Shown here: positions 1 through 10,020 of the stretch, in pieces
How positions within the stretch are numbered: position 1 is the stretch's first letter
Layout of the letters: each line of letters begins with the position of its first letter
DNA from: Acidobacteriota bacterium
GTDB lineage: Bacteria; Acidobacteriota; CAIWXX01
DNA: 64,000 nt
Assembly: GCA_040755995.1 (NCBI GenBank)
Contig: JBFMAF010000036.1
Span: 32,001 to 96,000 of the forward strand
Direction: 5' to 3'
The notes under the pieces: model-generated
The model's database searches: none
What the model was told of the DNA's origin: nothing
Seen by the model: only the letters and a program-made list of their open reading frames with translations
Translations under genes and position numbers: made by a program

Positions 1-492
1 GCGGCACAGCAGCAGGCACTTCTCTCGGCCGCACGCCGCGGGCGGGTCAAAGAACTTGATTTCGCTTTCTACAGAACCGAGGAGGTCGACAAGACCTCGA
101 ACGGTTTCACGATCGGTCTGTCGATCCCGCTCTGGAATGCGAACCGCGGCGAGGTGAGCCGGGCGGCTGCCGCGGCCGCGCTGGCGGAGGCATCCGTGGG
201 CCGAGCTCAGGTGGAGCTCCAGGCCGAGCTCGAATCCCGCCTGAACGACCTCGAAGTGACGGCGGGCCAAGTGGGGATCCTCCAGACAGAGATTATGCCG
301 GCGGCGAAAAGGAGCGTCGAACTCGTGCGACTAGCGTACGAAGAGGGCGAAACATCGCTCCTCGACCTGCTCGACGCGCAACGCACGTTTCGCGAAACGC
401 AGCGCGAAGAGCTCGATGCACGCTTCGCCCTGGGCTTGGCGATCGCAGACATCCAACTGCTGGTCGGCCCAGAGTTCGATCCGTGGAGATAG
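1..492 (+). CDS. czcC: TolC/CzcC-family outer-membrane efflux protein, C-terminal part (5' end outside window)
   Basis: Frame is open from base 1 (AAQQQALLSAARRGR...GLSIPLWNANRGEV...AYEEGETSLLDLLDAQR). GLSIPLW and Y-x-x-G-E-x-S-L-L-D-L-L-D-A-Q are typical OEP motifs. Lies directly upstream of an RND adaptor and pump. Confidence 0.85.
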   Translation, partial: AAQQQALLSAARRGRVKELDFAFYRTEEVDKTSNGFTIGLSIPLWNANRGEVSRAAAAAALAEASVGRAQVELQAELESRLNDLEVTAGQVGILQTEIMPAAKRSVELVRLAYEEGETSLLDLLDAQRTFRETQREELDARFALGLAIADIQLLVGPEFDPWR

Positions 493-495
493 GAA

Positions 496-1716
496 ATGAA
501 AAACAGAACATTCATGCTTCCCGCCGCACTGCTCGTCCTTGCCGTGGCCTGCTCGCGAAGTACGAATCAATCCGAGTCCGGCGAGCCGGTTCCTGAAGCC
601 GAGGCGGCCGCCGAGGAACAGGCAATACCTGAGAGCGTCCATCTGACGCCCGCCGCCATCTCTGAGGCCGGGATCGGGACGTGGACCGTCAAGCCGGTCG
701 ACATCGAACACCTCCTCAGCTTGAACGGCAGCGTCGAGCACGACGAGAACAAGCTCCTTCAGGTCAGCGCAAATGTGAGGGGTCGGGCGGTCGCGATGCC
801 TGTGGACCTGGGGGCTCGGGTCAAGAAAGGGGACGTCCTGGTAACAATCGAAAGCGTCGAGCTTGGCCGCACGCGCGAGGAGTTCATCCGGGAGCTGTCC
901 GAGCTGCGCGTGGCGAGCCGCGCGTACGAGCGGGCCAGGGCGCTGGTGGAGGCGAAGGCGATCAGCGCGGGCGAGTTCCAGGCGCGCGAGGGCGCCTATC
1001 TGTCGAAGAAGGCCGCGGTCGACGCGGTGGAGCGGACTCTGCACCTCCTGGGAGAGAGTCAGCAGCAGGTGGATCGATTGCGCGCGGACGCCGAATCCGG
1101 CACGCACTCGGTTGCCGGCGCCGCAACGCTCGACCTGCGAGCTCCGTTTGGCGGGCGCGTCATCGATCGCAAGATTGCGCCTGGCGCGCTCTTCGAGGCC
1201 CTCCAGCCTCTGCTCACGCTCGCGGACCTGACGACCGTGTGGGTGTTCATGCAGGCTTACGAGAAGGACCTGGCGCAGCTTCACGAGGGAGTGAACGTCA
1301 CGATTCGCACGGAGGCCTATCCTGAGCAGCCCTTCGAGGGGAAGATCGACTTCCTCAGCAGTGTCGTCGACTCGGCCACCCGAACGGTGAGGATGCGGGC
1401 GACGGTGGCCAATGCGGACGAGATGTTGCGACCGGGCATGTTCGTCAAGGCGCAAGTGAGCGTTCCGGCTTCGCACGCGGGGAAGACGGTCGTGGCCATT
1501 CCCCAGTCCGCGCTCCAGACGCTCGAGGGGCGCAGCGTCGTATTCGTGGAAGCGGAGCCGGGCGTCTTTGTCCGCCGGTTCGTCGAGACCGGCCATAACT
1601 TCGAAAGCCTCACTGAGATATTCTCGGGGGTCAAGACAGGTGAAGTTGTCGTGACCGAGGGCAGCTTCGTATTGAAGTCGGAGTTTGCCAAGGCCTCGCT
1701 CGCAGAGGAGGACTGA
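496..1716 (+). CDS. czcB: RND efflux periplasmic adaptor (CzcB-like membrane fusion protein), lipoprotein signal
   Basis: LAVAC lipobox, LRAPFGGRV, LADLTTVWV, VDSATRTVRMRA, LRPGMFV; sits between the OEP and CzcA genes. Confidence 0.9.
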   Translation: MKNRTFMLPAALLVLAVACSRSTNQSESGEPVPEAEAAAEEQAIPESVHLTPAAISEAGIGTWTVKPVDIEHLLSLNGSVEHDENKLLQVSANVRGRAVAMPVDLGARVKKGDVLVTIESVELGRTREEFIRELSELRVASRAYERARALVEAKAISAGEFQAREGAYLSKKAAVDAVERTLHLLGESQQQVDRLRADAESGTHSVAGAATLDLRAPFGGRVIDRKIAPGALFEALQPLLTLADLTTVWVFMQAYEKDLAQLHEGVNVTIRTEAYPEQPFEGKIDFLSSVVDSATRTVRMRATVANADEMLRPGMFVKAQVSVPASHAGKTVVAIPQSALQTLEGRSVVFVEAEPGVFVRRFVETGHNFESLTEIFSGVKTGEVVVTEGSFVLKSEFAKASLAEED

Positions 1717-1717
1717 G

Positions 1718-4700
1718 ATGCTGAGACGTCTCGTCGACTTCAGCCTCGAAAACCGGGCGCTCGTCCTCATCGCTGCGACACTCCTCGTCCTCGGAGGCGG
1801 ATACGCGCTAACCCGGTTGCCCATCGACGCAGTGCCCGACATCACTAACGTGCAGGTCCAGATTCTGACCAAGGCTCCGGCGCTCGGCCCTGTGGAGATG
1901 GAACAGTTCGTGACGTATCCCATCGAGGCGGTCATGAACGGCCTGCCCCGCCTCGTGGAGATCCGTTCAATTTCGCGTTACGGCCTGTCGGCGGTCACCG
2001 TAGTGTTCGAGGACGGTGTGAACGTCTACTTCGCCCGCCAATTGGTGAGCGAGCGTCTGGCGCAGGCTCGGGAGGCCATTCCTGAGGGGCTGGGCAACCC
2101 CGAGATGGGCCCCGTGACCACGGGACTGGGCGACGTCTTCCAGTTCACCGTCGAAGGAGAAGGCGTCTCGGCAATGGAGCGCCGCACGATCCTCGACTGG
2201 ATGATCGCTCCACGCCTCCGCGCCGTCCCGGGCGTGACGGAAGTGAATGCATGGGGCGGCCTGCCGAAGCAGTACCAGGTCGTAGTGGAACCCGCCAAGC
2301 TGATCGCATACGGGCTGTCGCTCAAGGAAGTGTTCGAGGCCGTCGAGAACGGCAGCCGGAACGCCGGCGGCGGTTACATCGAGCACAACCGCGAACAGTA
2401 CATCGTTCGCGGCGAAGGGCTGGTCCAATCCATCGCCGACATCGAGAAGATCGTTCTGAAGGCCGGACCTGACGGCGCACCGGTGACGGTCCGGCATGTG
2501 GCGCAGGTCCGTGAGGGCGCCATGCTTCGGATCGGGGTCGCGACGATCGACGGCCGCGGCGAGACCGTCATCGGCCTCGTTCAGATGCTCGCCGGCGAGA
2601 ACGCGCTGCAAGTCGCCACGCGCGCCCGGCTGGCGGTGGAAGAGCTGCAGCAGTCGCTGCCCAACGGGGTTCGAATCGTGCCCTACTATGACCGCGCCGC
2701 CTTCGTCCGGCGCGTCATCCGAACTGTGGGGATCAATCTCGTCGAGGGGAGTCTCCTCGTGATCGCGGTGCTTCTGCTGTTCCTCGGCAACGTCCGGGCT
2801 GGATTGATCGTTGCCTCCGCCATACCGCTCTCGATGCTCCTCGCGTTCACAGGGATGGTCCAGTCGCGCATCTCGGCAAACCTCATGAGCCTGGGGGCGA
2901 TCGATTTCGGACTGATTGTCGACGGTGCTGTCGTGCTCGTGGAGAATGTGGTTCGGCGCCTGTCGGAGCCGGAGGCGCGCGAGAAGACGGTTCGCCGGCT
3001 CACCGCCGAGGCGGCGCACGAGGTGGTGCGGCCCGTCTCATTCGGAATCGGCATCATCATTCTCGTCTATCTGCCGATCCTGACGTTGGGCGGTATCGAG
3101 GGGAAGATGTTCAAACCCATGGCATGGACGGTGGTGTTCGCTCTCGCCGGGTCGCTGCTCCTCACCATGACGCTCACGCCCGTCCTCGCCTCACTGTTTC
3201 TCAAGAAGACCGGCCGCGAGCACGAACCACGCTTTGTGGAAACGCTGCGCCGTCACTACCTGCGGGCCCTGGACGTCTGTCTGGCATGGCGCCGCACAGT
3301 GATCGCCTGTGCCCTCGCAGTCATCGCCGCAGGAGCGGCCATGGCAACGCAGTTCGGTGGTGAGTTCATCCCACGCCTCGATGAGGGCGACATATCGATC
3401 AGCGCCGTTCGGCCGCCGTCGGTGGCCATCTCGGAGGTCGCCGCGAGCACAGGGCGCATCGAACGGGTGCTCAAGCGGTTCCCGGAGGCGATCACCGTCG
3501 TCAGCCGTTCGGGCAGCCCGGAGCTGGCCACCGACGTTATGGGCATCGAGCTGGGCGACGTCTTCGTCATTTTGAAACCGAAATCCGAATGGAAGACGGC
3601 GCGCACCAAAGGAGAGCTGATCGAGAAGATGAACGAGGCGCTCGAGGAGACCGTGCCGGGAGTCGGGTTCTCATTCACTCAACCGATCGAGATGCGCTTC
3701 AACGAGCTCATCGCGGGTGTGCGTTCCGACGTGGGGATCAAGCTATTCGGCGATGACCTCGATGTGTTGCGCGAGAAAGGCGAAGAGATCTCTCGCGCCG
3801 TCGTGGGCGTGAGAGGAGCGGCGGATGTGAAGCTCGAGCAGACGAGCGGACTGCCGGTCATGCGCGTAAGAGTTGATCGCGATCGATGCGCGCGCTACGC
3901 CATTCCGGTCGGAGACGTGCTTGACGCGGTCGAGGCCGCACGCGCAGGGAAGGTGGCCGGCACCGTGTTCGAGGGGCAGCAGCGCTTCTCACTGGTCGTC
4001 CGGTTCGACGATGATGCAGCGCGTCAGCTCGATTCACTCGCCAACGTGCCGGTGGCCTCGCCGGCCGGCACGAGCATCCCGCTGGGCCAGCTCGCGGAGA
4101 TCACTCTCGCGAGCGGCCCGGCGCAGATCAGCCGCGAGGCGGTCCGGCGAAGGATCGTCGTCGAGACGAATGTCCGCGGCCGCGACGTGGCCTCGTTCGT
4201 GGCCGAGGCGCAGGACCGGATACGCCGGGAAGTTCAGCTTCCCGCCGGCTACTACATCCGCTGGGGCGGCCAGTTCGAACACCTCGAGGCCGCATCACGC
4301 CGCCTCGCCGTCGTCGTGCCGCTCTCGCTCGCCCTGATCTTCGCAATGCTCTACTTCGCGTTCGGATCTCTCACCCCGGCCGCGCTGATCTATCTCAACG
4401 TGCCCTTCGCCGCCGTAGGCGGGGTCGTCGCACTAGCCATCCGAGGGCTCCCCTTCTCGATCTCCGCGGGCGTCGGCTTCATCGCGCTGTTCGGCGTGGC
4501 GGTCCTGAACGGCGTCGTTCTCATGACCCAGGTACGCCAAATCGAGGCGCAAACCGATCTGGGACCGCTCGATGTCCTGCGGCGCGCCTGCGCGATGCGC
4601 ATGCGCCCGGTCCTGATGACGGCGCTCGTGGCCTCGCTTGGCTTCGTCCCGATGGCCATCGCCACCGGCACCGGCGCCGAAATCCAGCGCCCGCTGGCCA

Positions 4701-4786
4701 CGGTCGTCATCGGCGGTCTCGCCACCTCCACCGTCCTGACCCTCTTCATCCTGCCGACGATCTACGGTCTCTTCCGCCACAAGTAG
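1718..4786 (+). CDS. czcA: CusA/CzcA-family heavy-metal efflux RND transporter (CzcA-type, divalent cations)
   Basis: PIDAVPDITNVQVQI; TM4 motif ANLMSLGAIDFGLIVDGAVVLVEN (DFG...DGA...EN, CzcA-type); RMRPVLMTALVASLGFVPMA. ATG at 1718 follows the czcB stop. Confidence 0.93.
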   Translation: MLRRLVDFSLENRALVLIAATLLVLGGGYALTRLPIDAVPDITNVQVQILTKAPALGPVEMEQFVTYPIEAVMNGLPRLVEIRSISRYGLSAVTVVFEDGVNVYFARQLVSERLAQAREAIPEGLGNPEMGPVTTGLGDVFQFTVEGEGVSAMERRTILDWMIAPRLRAVPGVTEVNAWGGLPKQYQVVVEPAKLIAYGLSLKEVFEAVENGSRNAGGGYIEHNREQYIVRGEGLVQSIADIEKIVLKAGPDGAPVTVRHVAQVREGAMLRIGVATIDGRGETVIGLVQMLAGENALQVATRARLAVEELQQSLPNGVRIVPYYDRAAFVRRVIRTVGINLVEGSLLVIAVLLLFLGNVRAGLIVASAIPLSMLLAFTGMVQSRISANLMSLGAIDFGLIVDGAVVLVENVVRRLSEPEAREKTVRRLTAEAAHEVVRPVSFGIGIIILVYLPILTLGGIEGKMFKPMAWTVVFALAGSLLLTMTLTPVLASLFLKKTGREHEPRFVETLRRHYLRALDVCLAWRRTVIACALAVIAAGAAMATQFGGEFIPRLDEGDISISAVRPPSVAISEVAASTGRIERVLKRFPEAITVVSRSGSPELATDVMGIELGDVFVILKPKSEWKTARTKGELIEKMNEALEETVPGVGFSFTQPIEMRFNELIAGVRSDVGIKLFGDDLDVLREKGEEISRAVVGVRGAADVKLEQTSGLPVMRVRVDRDRCARYAIPVGDVLDAVEAARAGKVAGTVFEGQQRFSLVVRFDDDAARQLDSLANVPVASPAGTSIPLGQLAEITLASGPAQISREAVRRRIVVETNVRGRDVASFVAEAQDRIRREVQLPAGYYIRWGGQFEHLEAASRRLAVVVPLSLALIFAMLYFAFGSLTPAALIYLNVPFAAVGGVVALAIRGLPFSISAGVGFIALFGVAVLNGVVLMTQVRQIEAQTDLGPLDVLRRACAMRMRPVLMTALVASLGFVPMAIATGTGAEIQRPLATVVIGGLATSTVLTLFILPTIYGLFRHK

Positions 4787-4905
4787 GCGGATCGACAAGG
4801 AGAATTCCGCCGGACGAGAATCTGCTCGACCTCGTGCTCGCGTGTGACCAACCGTTCGAGCTCGACAGCGCTGTCGAGGCGCTCCGACACGCGCGCTGAT
4901 CGCAG

Positions 4906-4931
4906 GTAACATTTGAGGCACCCGGGCATCT
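4906..4931 (+). promoter_or_regulatory. Putative ECF-type promoter (GTAAC-N16-CATCT) upstream of the ECF sigma gene
   Basis: GTAAC at 4906-4910, 16-bp spacer, CATCT at 4927-4931; resembles autoregulatory ECF promoters (AAC ... CGTC-like). Confidence 0.35.
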
Positions 4932-4938
4932 TTATTCG

Positions 4939-5655
4939 ATGAAGGAGGGCGTGAGGATGACGGAAAGAGAGGCGGAGCTTCTGAGAAGGGCCGGCACCGG
5001 GGATTCCGCCGCGTACGGCGAGATCATCAGCAAGTACCAGTATCTGGTCTATGCGCTGGCGTTGCAGGTCACCAGGGATCGTGTGGCGGCCCAGGACATC
5101 GCTCAGGAGGTCTTCATCACGGCCTACGTCGCTCTGAAGGAGCTTCGGTCAGCCGGGGCCTTTCCGTCCTGGTTGCGGACGATAACGCGAAACAGGGCGA
5201 TTGCGTGGCGGAGGCAACAGCGCCGCTTTGTCGCAATCGAGGACGTCGAGAAGCTGCGGCACCTCCCGGCGACCGCACCGGAGTCAACCGCCGACGGGTC
5301 CGAGCTCGATGCGTTCGGCGCCGCCCTGAAGCAGTCGCTCGATGTTGTAGTATCCGGTGGGAGTCTGCTGTCCCGCCTTCGCGGCGGCAACAGCATGTCG
5401 GCGCGCGTCGTTCGCCAAGCACCACGCAACGAGCGGTTCGTTCGTCGCGCCGGTGTTCCTGCTATGCTGGAACCTGTGCTCTCTCGTGCAGGAACTCAGG
5501 AGCGAAGTCTGCACCGTTCGGCCACGACAGGGTCCGGAACTCCAGATGGGCAGAAAACCGCCGGAAGAAGCTCAGCTCCTCGATTGGATCGAGTATCTCT
5601 CGGTACAACTGGTCACCGAGACGGGTCCGTCGCGCCACGCCACGTCCCAATCTAG
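4939..5655 (+). pseudogene. ECF sigma-70 factor, apparently 3'-truncated (region 2 present, region 4 missing)
   Basis: Good region 2 (AQDIAQEVFITAY...FPSWLRTITRNRA) and linker to about 5343 (LKQSLD). After that there is no region-4 HTH and the tail overlaps an opposite-strand remnant. Confidence 0.7.
5462..5620 (-). pseudogene. DUF2442-like antitoxin, C-terminal remnant
   Basis: LGDQLYREILDPIEELSFFRRFSAHLEFRTLSWPNGADFAPEFLHE matches the T-x-x-WPNGADxAPExL C-terminus typical of DUF2442; the N-terminal half is absent. Confidence 0.65.
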
Positions 5656-5909
5656 TCGCGAATCTTCCGCCGCAGGCCGTCGGTAATCTCCTTTACGCGG
5701 GCGCGATGATACTCGTCCAACATCTGCTGCAGGTCCTGATTTTCCTCCGTGTCCACTTCCAATGCAGACACTTTCTTGAGCTCTCCGCCCAGGTAGACTC
5801 TCGTCTCAATCCGGCAGCTCGGTTGTGTAATGAACTCGGTTTGTATTGTGAGTTTCCTCGACCCGACGTCGATCAGGTCCACCCGGCCCATGGGGAGTTT
5901 GAACGGCAT
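5652..5909 (-). CDS. Small hypothetical protein (85 aa)
   Basis: Clear RBS (GGAAAGGA) before the ATG; globular-looking beta/alpha composition. Confidence 0.7.
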   Translation of the reverse strand: MPFKLPMGRVDLIDVGSRKLTIQTEFITQPSCRIETRVYLGGELKKVSALEVDTEENQDLQQMLDEYHRARVKEITDGLRRKIRD

Positions 5910-6012
5910 GAGTATCCTTTCCGTCTATTCGAGCATCAGTCCGCACTCGTATACTAGCGAGGCGGGGCCTCAGACCGATGAACCATGCCAGGCCGCTTTG
6001 GCCCCGCCTCGC

Positions 6013-6042
6013 GTCGAGAGTCGACAGTCGAGAGTTGGGAGT
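6013..6042. repeat. Intergenic heptamer tandem repeat (AGTCGAG/AGTCGAC/AGTTGGG)
   Basis: gtcgagagtcgacagtcgagagttgggagt. Confidence 0.55.
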
Positions 6043-6203
6043 GACTACCGTGGGAATTCAGAGCGAATGACGCGACGTGGCAAACTTGACTCAATCGCAA
6101 CATCTTTTTCCCCTGAAGCCCGCTAGCACGTCCTGCTTTCGGCCCACCTCCCCAGCCCCCTTGCCAGTGTGCTTCCTGAAGTCGATACTGCTATCATTGA
6201 TTG

Positions 6204-6680
6204 ATGGCTCATGAGGGATCAGGCGAACCATTCAGCTTGGAGAAGGAGTTCGAGCGCGTGGTCCAAGCGCTCGATAACGCACGGTTGGAATACGCGGTGG
6301 TCGGCGGTCTTGCGGTGGCCATTTGGGGCGCTCCTCGCGCAACCACGCACATCGACCTGCTCGTCAGTCCGGCGGACATCGATGCGATCAGCGGGATCGC
6401 AAGGAGTCTGGGATTTCTCGTTGAGGCGCTGCCGATGAGATTCGCTGATGGAGTCGAGCTTCGACGCTTCAGCAGAATCGAGAGCGAGTACTTGTTGACG
6501 CTCGACCTGCTGCTTCTGAGTCCGAACTTGCAGGAGGCGTGGGAATCCAGGCAGAGGATTCTGACCGAGGCAGGGCCGGTAACGGTGGTTTCCAGAGATG
6601 CGCTTATTCGTATGAAAGCACTTGCCGGGCGTCCTCAGGATCTTGCGGACATAGCGCGCCTGACGGAGCTGGATCGATGA
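6204..6680 (+). CDS. Nucleotidyltransferase-fold protein (AbiEii/DUF6036-like putative toxin)
   Basis: YAVVGGLAVAIWGAPRATTHIDLLV (GG...R-x-T-x-D/H-x-D NTase motif); C-terminal MKALAGRPQDLADI. Confidence 0.8.
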   Translation: MAHEGSGEPFSLEKEFERVVQALDNARLEYAVVGGLAVAIWGAPRATTHIDLLVSPADIDAISGIARSLGFLVEALPMRFADGVELRRFSRIESEYLLTLDLLLLSPNLQEAWESRQRILTEAGPVTVVSRDALIRMKALAGRPQDLADIARLTELDR

Positions 6681-6877
6681 AGCCGGACATGTCGCCTGCC
6701 GCGGTTTCAGCCCGGCTCCGCAAGCTTTCAGAGCTTTCCGATCTTCGAGAAAATGTGCGGCTTTCATCGAAGATCGACATGAGTCCGGCGGCCGTTTCGC
6801 GCCGCCTGCGCAAGATCTCACAGCTAACGTCGCTTTGCCTCCGGCTTGGCCGCCACATCTCGCGTCGCCCGGATTGA
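6677..6877 (+). CDS. Small basic protein with internal duplication (66 aa)
   Basis: ATGA overlap with the NTase stop; DMSPAAVSARLRKLSEL and DMSPAAVSRRLRKISQL. Confidence 0.75.
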   Translation: MKPDMSPAAVSARLRKLSELSDLRENVRLSSKIDMSPAAVSRRLRKISQLTSLCLRLGRHISRRPD

Positions 6878-7105
6878 ACTGCATTCGGACTACCGCAAGT
6901 CAGAGCACGTCGTTGCGGCGAAGCCGGTTGGAGCAAAGAACGTGCTGACCCTGCAAATGGTGCAGCCTCTGGACAGCACGCGGCGACGCCTGCTCCGCAC
7001 AAAACCGGCTGACCCCGGCCCGGGGCCGCCAGACCGTCCTCCGCAGCACGACGCTGGTTCGTCGGAGGCCGGGAGATGCTATCCTCGGCTGTGTGAATCG
7101 CAATC

Positions 7106-7657
7106 CTAGAAGTAGAATCCCCCCAGAATGAGCCACTGCCAGGGCGTGTCGTCGACCTCGTCTCCGTAGAACACCTTCTGGGCCTGAGCCTGCACGGTGG
7201 CGCCCTTGCCGTCTGGCCGGCCGAAATCGGCGCCGAACACCAGGTGAATGCCGAAATCCCGCTGCCAGTTGTTGTCGATGTCGAAGCCCTCCTGCTCATC
7301 GTACCAGTTCCAGCCCGAGTACAGGCCGCCTCCAAAACCAGCCACCGGGCGGACCCTCTCGCCCGGGCCCTTGTACTTTACGTTGAGCAGCAGATTGAAC
7401 GGCGCGAAGTGCGCCTTGGGCACCGTGTCGAAGCTGTAGTACGCCCACTGTATCTCGAAGCCGAGGCGGACCGGGCTCGTGGATGACAATCGATAGTCCG
7501 AGCCGCCGGAGAGCATCCAGCGATCGGACAGGTCGATGTCCTCGCTCGGGTGTACCTGTAACCCGCCAACAATGAAGGCGTCGCCCGCGCGGACCGGCAG
7601 CGCCAATGCCAGGCAGGCAACGAACAAGACGAACGCTGCGAAGTGAGTCAACCGCAT
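7106..7657 (-). CDS. Outer-membrane beta-barrel protein (small, about 8-stranded)
   Basis: Signal peptide MRLTHFAAFVLFVACLALALPVRA; alternating aromatic strands; C-terminal GGFYF. Confidence 0.75.
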   Translation of the reverse strand: MRLTHFAAFVLFVACLALALPVRAGDAFIVGGLQVHPSEDIDLSDRWMLSGGSDYRLSSTSPVRLGFEIQWAYYSFDTVPKAHFAPFNLLLNVKYKGPGERVRPVAGFGGGLYSGWNWYDEQEGFDIDNNWQRDFGIHLVFGADFGRPDGKGATVQAQAQKVFYGDEVDDTPWQWLILGGFYF

Positions 7658-7860
7658 CTTGTACCCCCCTTTTCTTGATCCCAACTCAATCGTGGGTCCC
7701 AACTCCGCTCCTCGAGCGCGAAGCCCGGTTCTTTCGAGCTGCACTGCCTCTACAATAGGAATATACTACGGCGCCAGGATGGATCGCAATTCCGCCACGC
7801 CGGCTGCGGGATATTCGAGTCCCGCCCAAGATTGTCTGAGCCACCGGTGCGGGCGTGCGG

Positions 7861-10020
7861 CTACTTCGCACCGCCCTTCGAAGCGCACCACTCCTTCCAC
7901 TTGCGCACCCATTCGTCGGGATCGTTGTTGAAGTCGGTGTAGTCGGCGGGCCCCATTGCGTCGCCCGACAGGTGGCGCAGAAGACGGATGGTCTGGTACT
8001 TCATGTCGTTGTCGCCCTTCGCCAGCTTCGCGGCGAGCCGCGGCACGGCGCTTTGGTCTTTCCATTTGTGATCGATGAGGGCGGTCACCAGGTCGACTGC
8101 GACCTGGCTGTCCGCGGTGCTCAGGATGGCATCGAAGTAGCGAGGTGCCTGTGCCCCCGGATCCAGCCCGCTGAGCCCATCGGAAGCCTCCGCTCGCACC
8201 TCCTCGTTCGCGTGCGCCAGCAGCGGCACTAGAAGCGCAACCAGGTCGGCGTCGCTCACGGACTTCTTCAGGCCCCGCACCGCGATCGAAACCTTCACGG
8301 CGTCCGGTTCCTTCAGCGCGGCCTTGAACAGCTCGGCGCTGCCCTCCGGCCATCGCCGCGAGAGCCCGTTCAACGCGATCACCAGCTGGGTTCCCTTCGC
8401 CTGCCGGGCTATGGCTTCGAGCGGCGCCTTGGCGGCAGCCTCCTTCGATGCCGCGAGCACCTGCAGCGCTCGCAGGTTCCCCTGGCGCGCGAGACTCTCT
8501 ATCTGGGGAACCGCCTTGTGCGAGCCGAGCGCGGTCAGCTGATCGACCGCCGCCGTCGTCTCTAGCGGAGCCTCGTTCGATGGCGGCGGGTCCTTCTTCA
8601 GAGCTTCCAACAGGATGTCGGCCGACCTCTCTCCACCCGACTTTCGCAAGCCATCGAGCAGACTCGCCTGCCACTCAGCATGTTTGCCTGAATTGACAAG
8701 CTCGGCAAAGAACTCGAAGTTCTCCGGCCGGCTCTCAGTCACCAGCGCATCCAGCGCGTCCTTGTCACCTCCGCGCGCGAGCTCTCTGAGTTTCCCTTCC
8801 GAGGACGCGGCGCCACATCGGGCCAGGCTCGATAGGATTTCCTGCCGGTCTTCGGTGTCCTTGTTCAGCAGGTCGAGCAGTGTGGAGGCCGCGGCATCGC
8901 CTCCCATGCGCCCGAGCCCGTCGATTGCGCCATCCGCGACCGCGGTGTCGTCGCTGCGCGCGCCCTTCGCCAGGGCGTCGAGTCCCGGCTGGTAGCGGGC
9001 CGCGCCAATGTAGACCGCTGCGAGACGCCTGACGCCGTTCGGGACTGACGAGTCGTCGATAAGCTTGACGGCGTGGTCGCCGAGGCCGGAGGCCGGATGC
9101 TGGATGAGCAGACTGAGTCCTGCCGCCAGCAGGTTGCCTTCGCGCTGCCCCTGCGCCGCGCGTATGACCGCCTCCTGCCCCTGCTTCACGTCGCAGTCGA
9201 AGATCCAGTTGGCCGCCAGAACCCGAGTCACTAGGTTGGTCTCGGGCACCTCGATCAGTCGACGCAGCTCTGCAGCGTCCATGTAGAAGACCTCCAGCCG
9301 CGATGCCGTCCACTCCTTGGCGCCCCCGGTCGGCTTCTGGAAGTAGACCACCATCCGGAACCTCTGCCTGCCGTTGGTCGTGGGGACGATCAGCTCGGGC
9401 AGTGTCAATCTGAGGCTCGAGACGTACTCTTCCTTCACCCACAGCCCCTGCGCCAGCTTCGCGTCGATCGTGCGCTTCTCGCCGGCTTTCAACGACCCGA
9501 ACCCCAGGTCATCCGGCTGAGGATTCTCGACAGACAGCGTCACCATGCCGGACATGCTCCCCCGCCTGTAGGCACTGTTCCCGTTGGTATAGCTGATCTG
9601 GCAGTTGGACAAGGAGTAAGAGTCGGGGAGCTCCGAGGCGGTACGCATGGCCTGCTCGCCCTCGGGTTCCCGCCCGCGCACCACCACGACGCCCTCGTAC
9701 TGGGCGCCCGTCGCGTCCGACTCGATCAAGACCATTTCCTTTCCGAGTGCGAAGGCGAAGCGCGTCTGGTTCAGCAACTCGACGTGCAGGTCCCATTGGT
9801 GATACGTGCTGCTGGACATGCCCCAGCTCTCGCTGGTCTCTCCCGGTACGGCCTTTCCGCTGACGCGGACGCCCTCGACTATCGCCTGCCGTATCTCGGC
9901 CGGAGTTGCGCTCACGACCACGCCGCCCGAGCGCCTCAGCAGCACGACTGCTGCCGCAGCCACCACGACCACCACTGCGACGATCGCCAGGTATGCGAGA
10001 ACACGACGAGTCCCTGCCAT
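7861..10020 (-). CDS. Membrane-anchored HEAT-repeat protein
   Basis: N-terminal TM helix, a beta-rich domain, then HEAT/PBS-like repeats (VRRLAAVYIG, VADGAIDGLG, EEVRAEASDGLS). Confidence 0.8.
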   Translation of the reverse strand: MAGTRRVLAYLAIVAVVVVVAAAAVVLLRRSGGVVVSATPAEIRQAIVEGVRVSGKAVPGETSESWGMSSSTYHQWDLHVELLNQTRFAFALGKEMVLIESDATGAQYEGVVVVRGREPEGEQAMRTASELPDSYSLSNCQISYTNGNSAYRRGSMSGMVTLSVENPQPDDLGFGSLKAGEKRTIDAKLAQGLWVKEEYVSSLRLTLPELIVPTTNGRQRFRMVVYFQKPTGGAKEWTASRLEVFYMDAAELRRLIEVPETNLVTRVLAANWIFDCDVKQGQEAVIRAAQGQREGNLLAAGLSLLIQHPASGLGDHAVKLIDDSSVPNGVRRLAAVYIGAARYQPGLDALAKGARSDDTAVADGAIDGLGRMGGDAAASTLLDLLNKDTEDRQEILSSLARCGAASSEGKLRELARGGDKDALDALVTESRPENFEFFAELVNSGKHAEWQASLLDGLRKSGGERSADILLEALKKDPPPSNEAPLETTAAVDQLTALGSHKAVPQIESLARQGNLRALQVLAASKEAAAKAPLEAIARQAKGTQLVIALNGLSRRWPEGSAELFKAALKEPDAVKVSIAVRGLKKSVSDADLVALLVPLLAHANEEVRAEASDGLSGLDPGAQAPRYFDAILSTADSQVAVDLVTALIDHKWKDQSAVPRLAAKLAKGDNDMKYQTIRLLRHLSGDAMGPADYTDFNNDPDEWVRKWKEWCASKGGAK

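Noticed and set aside
6900..7040. HEPN-like fragment (FCAEQA...) on the minus strand
   Set aside because: Similarity is too short and lacks the EKxLK and Rx4H motifs; likely chance.
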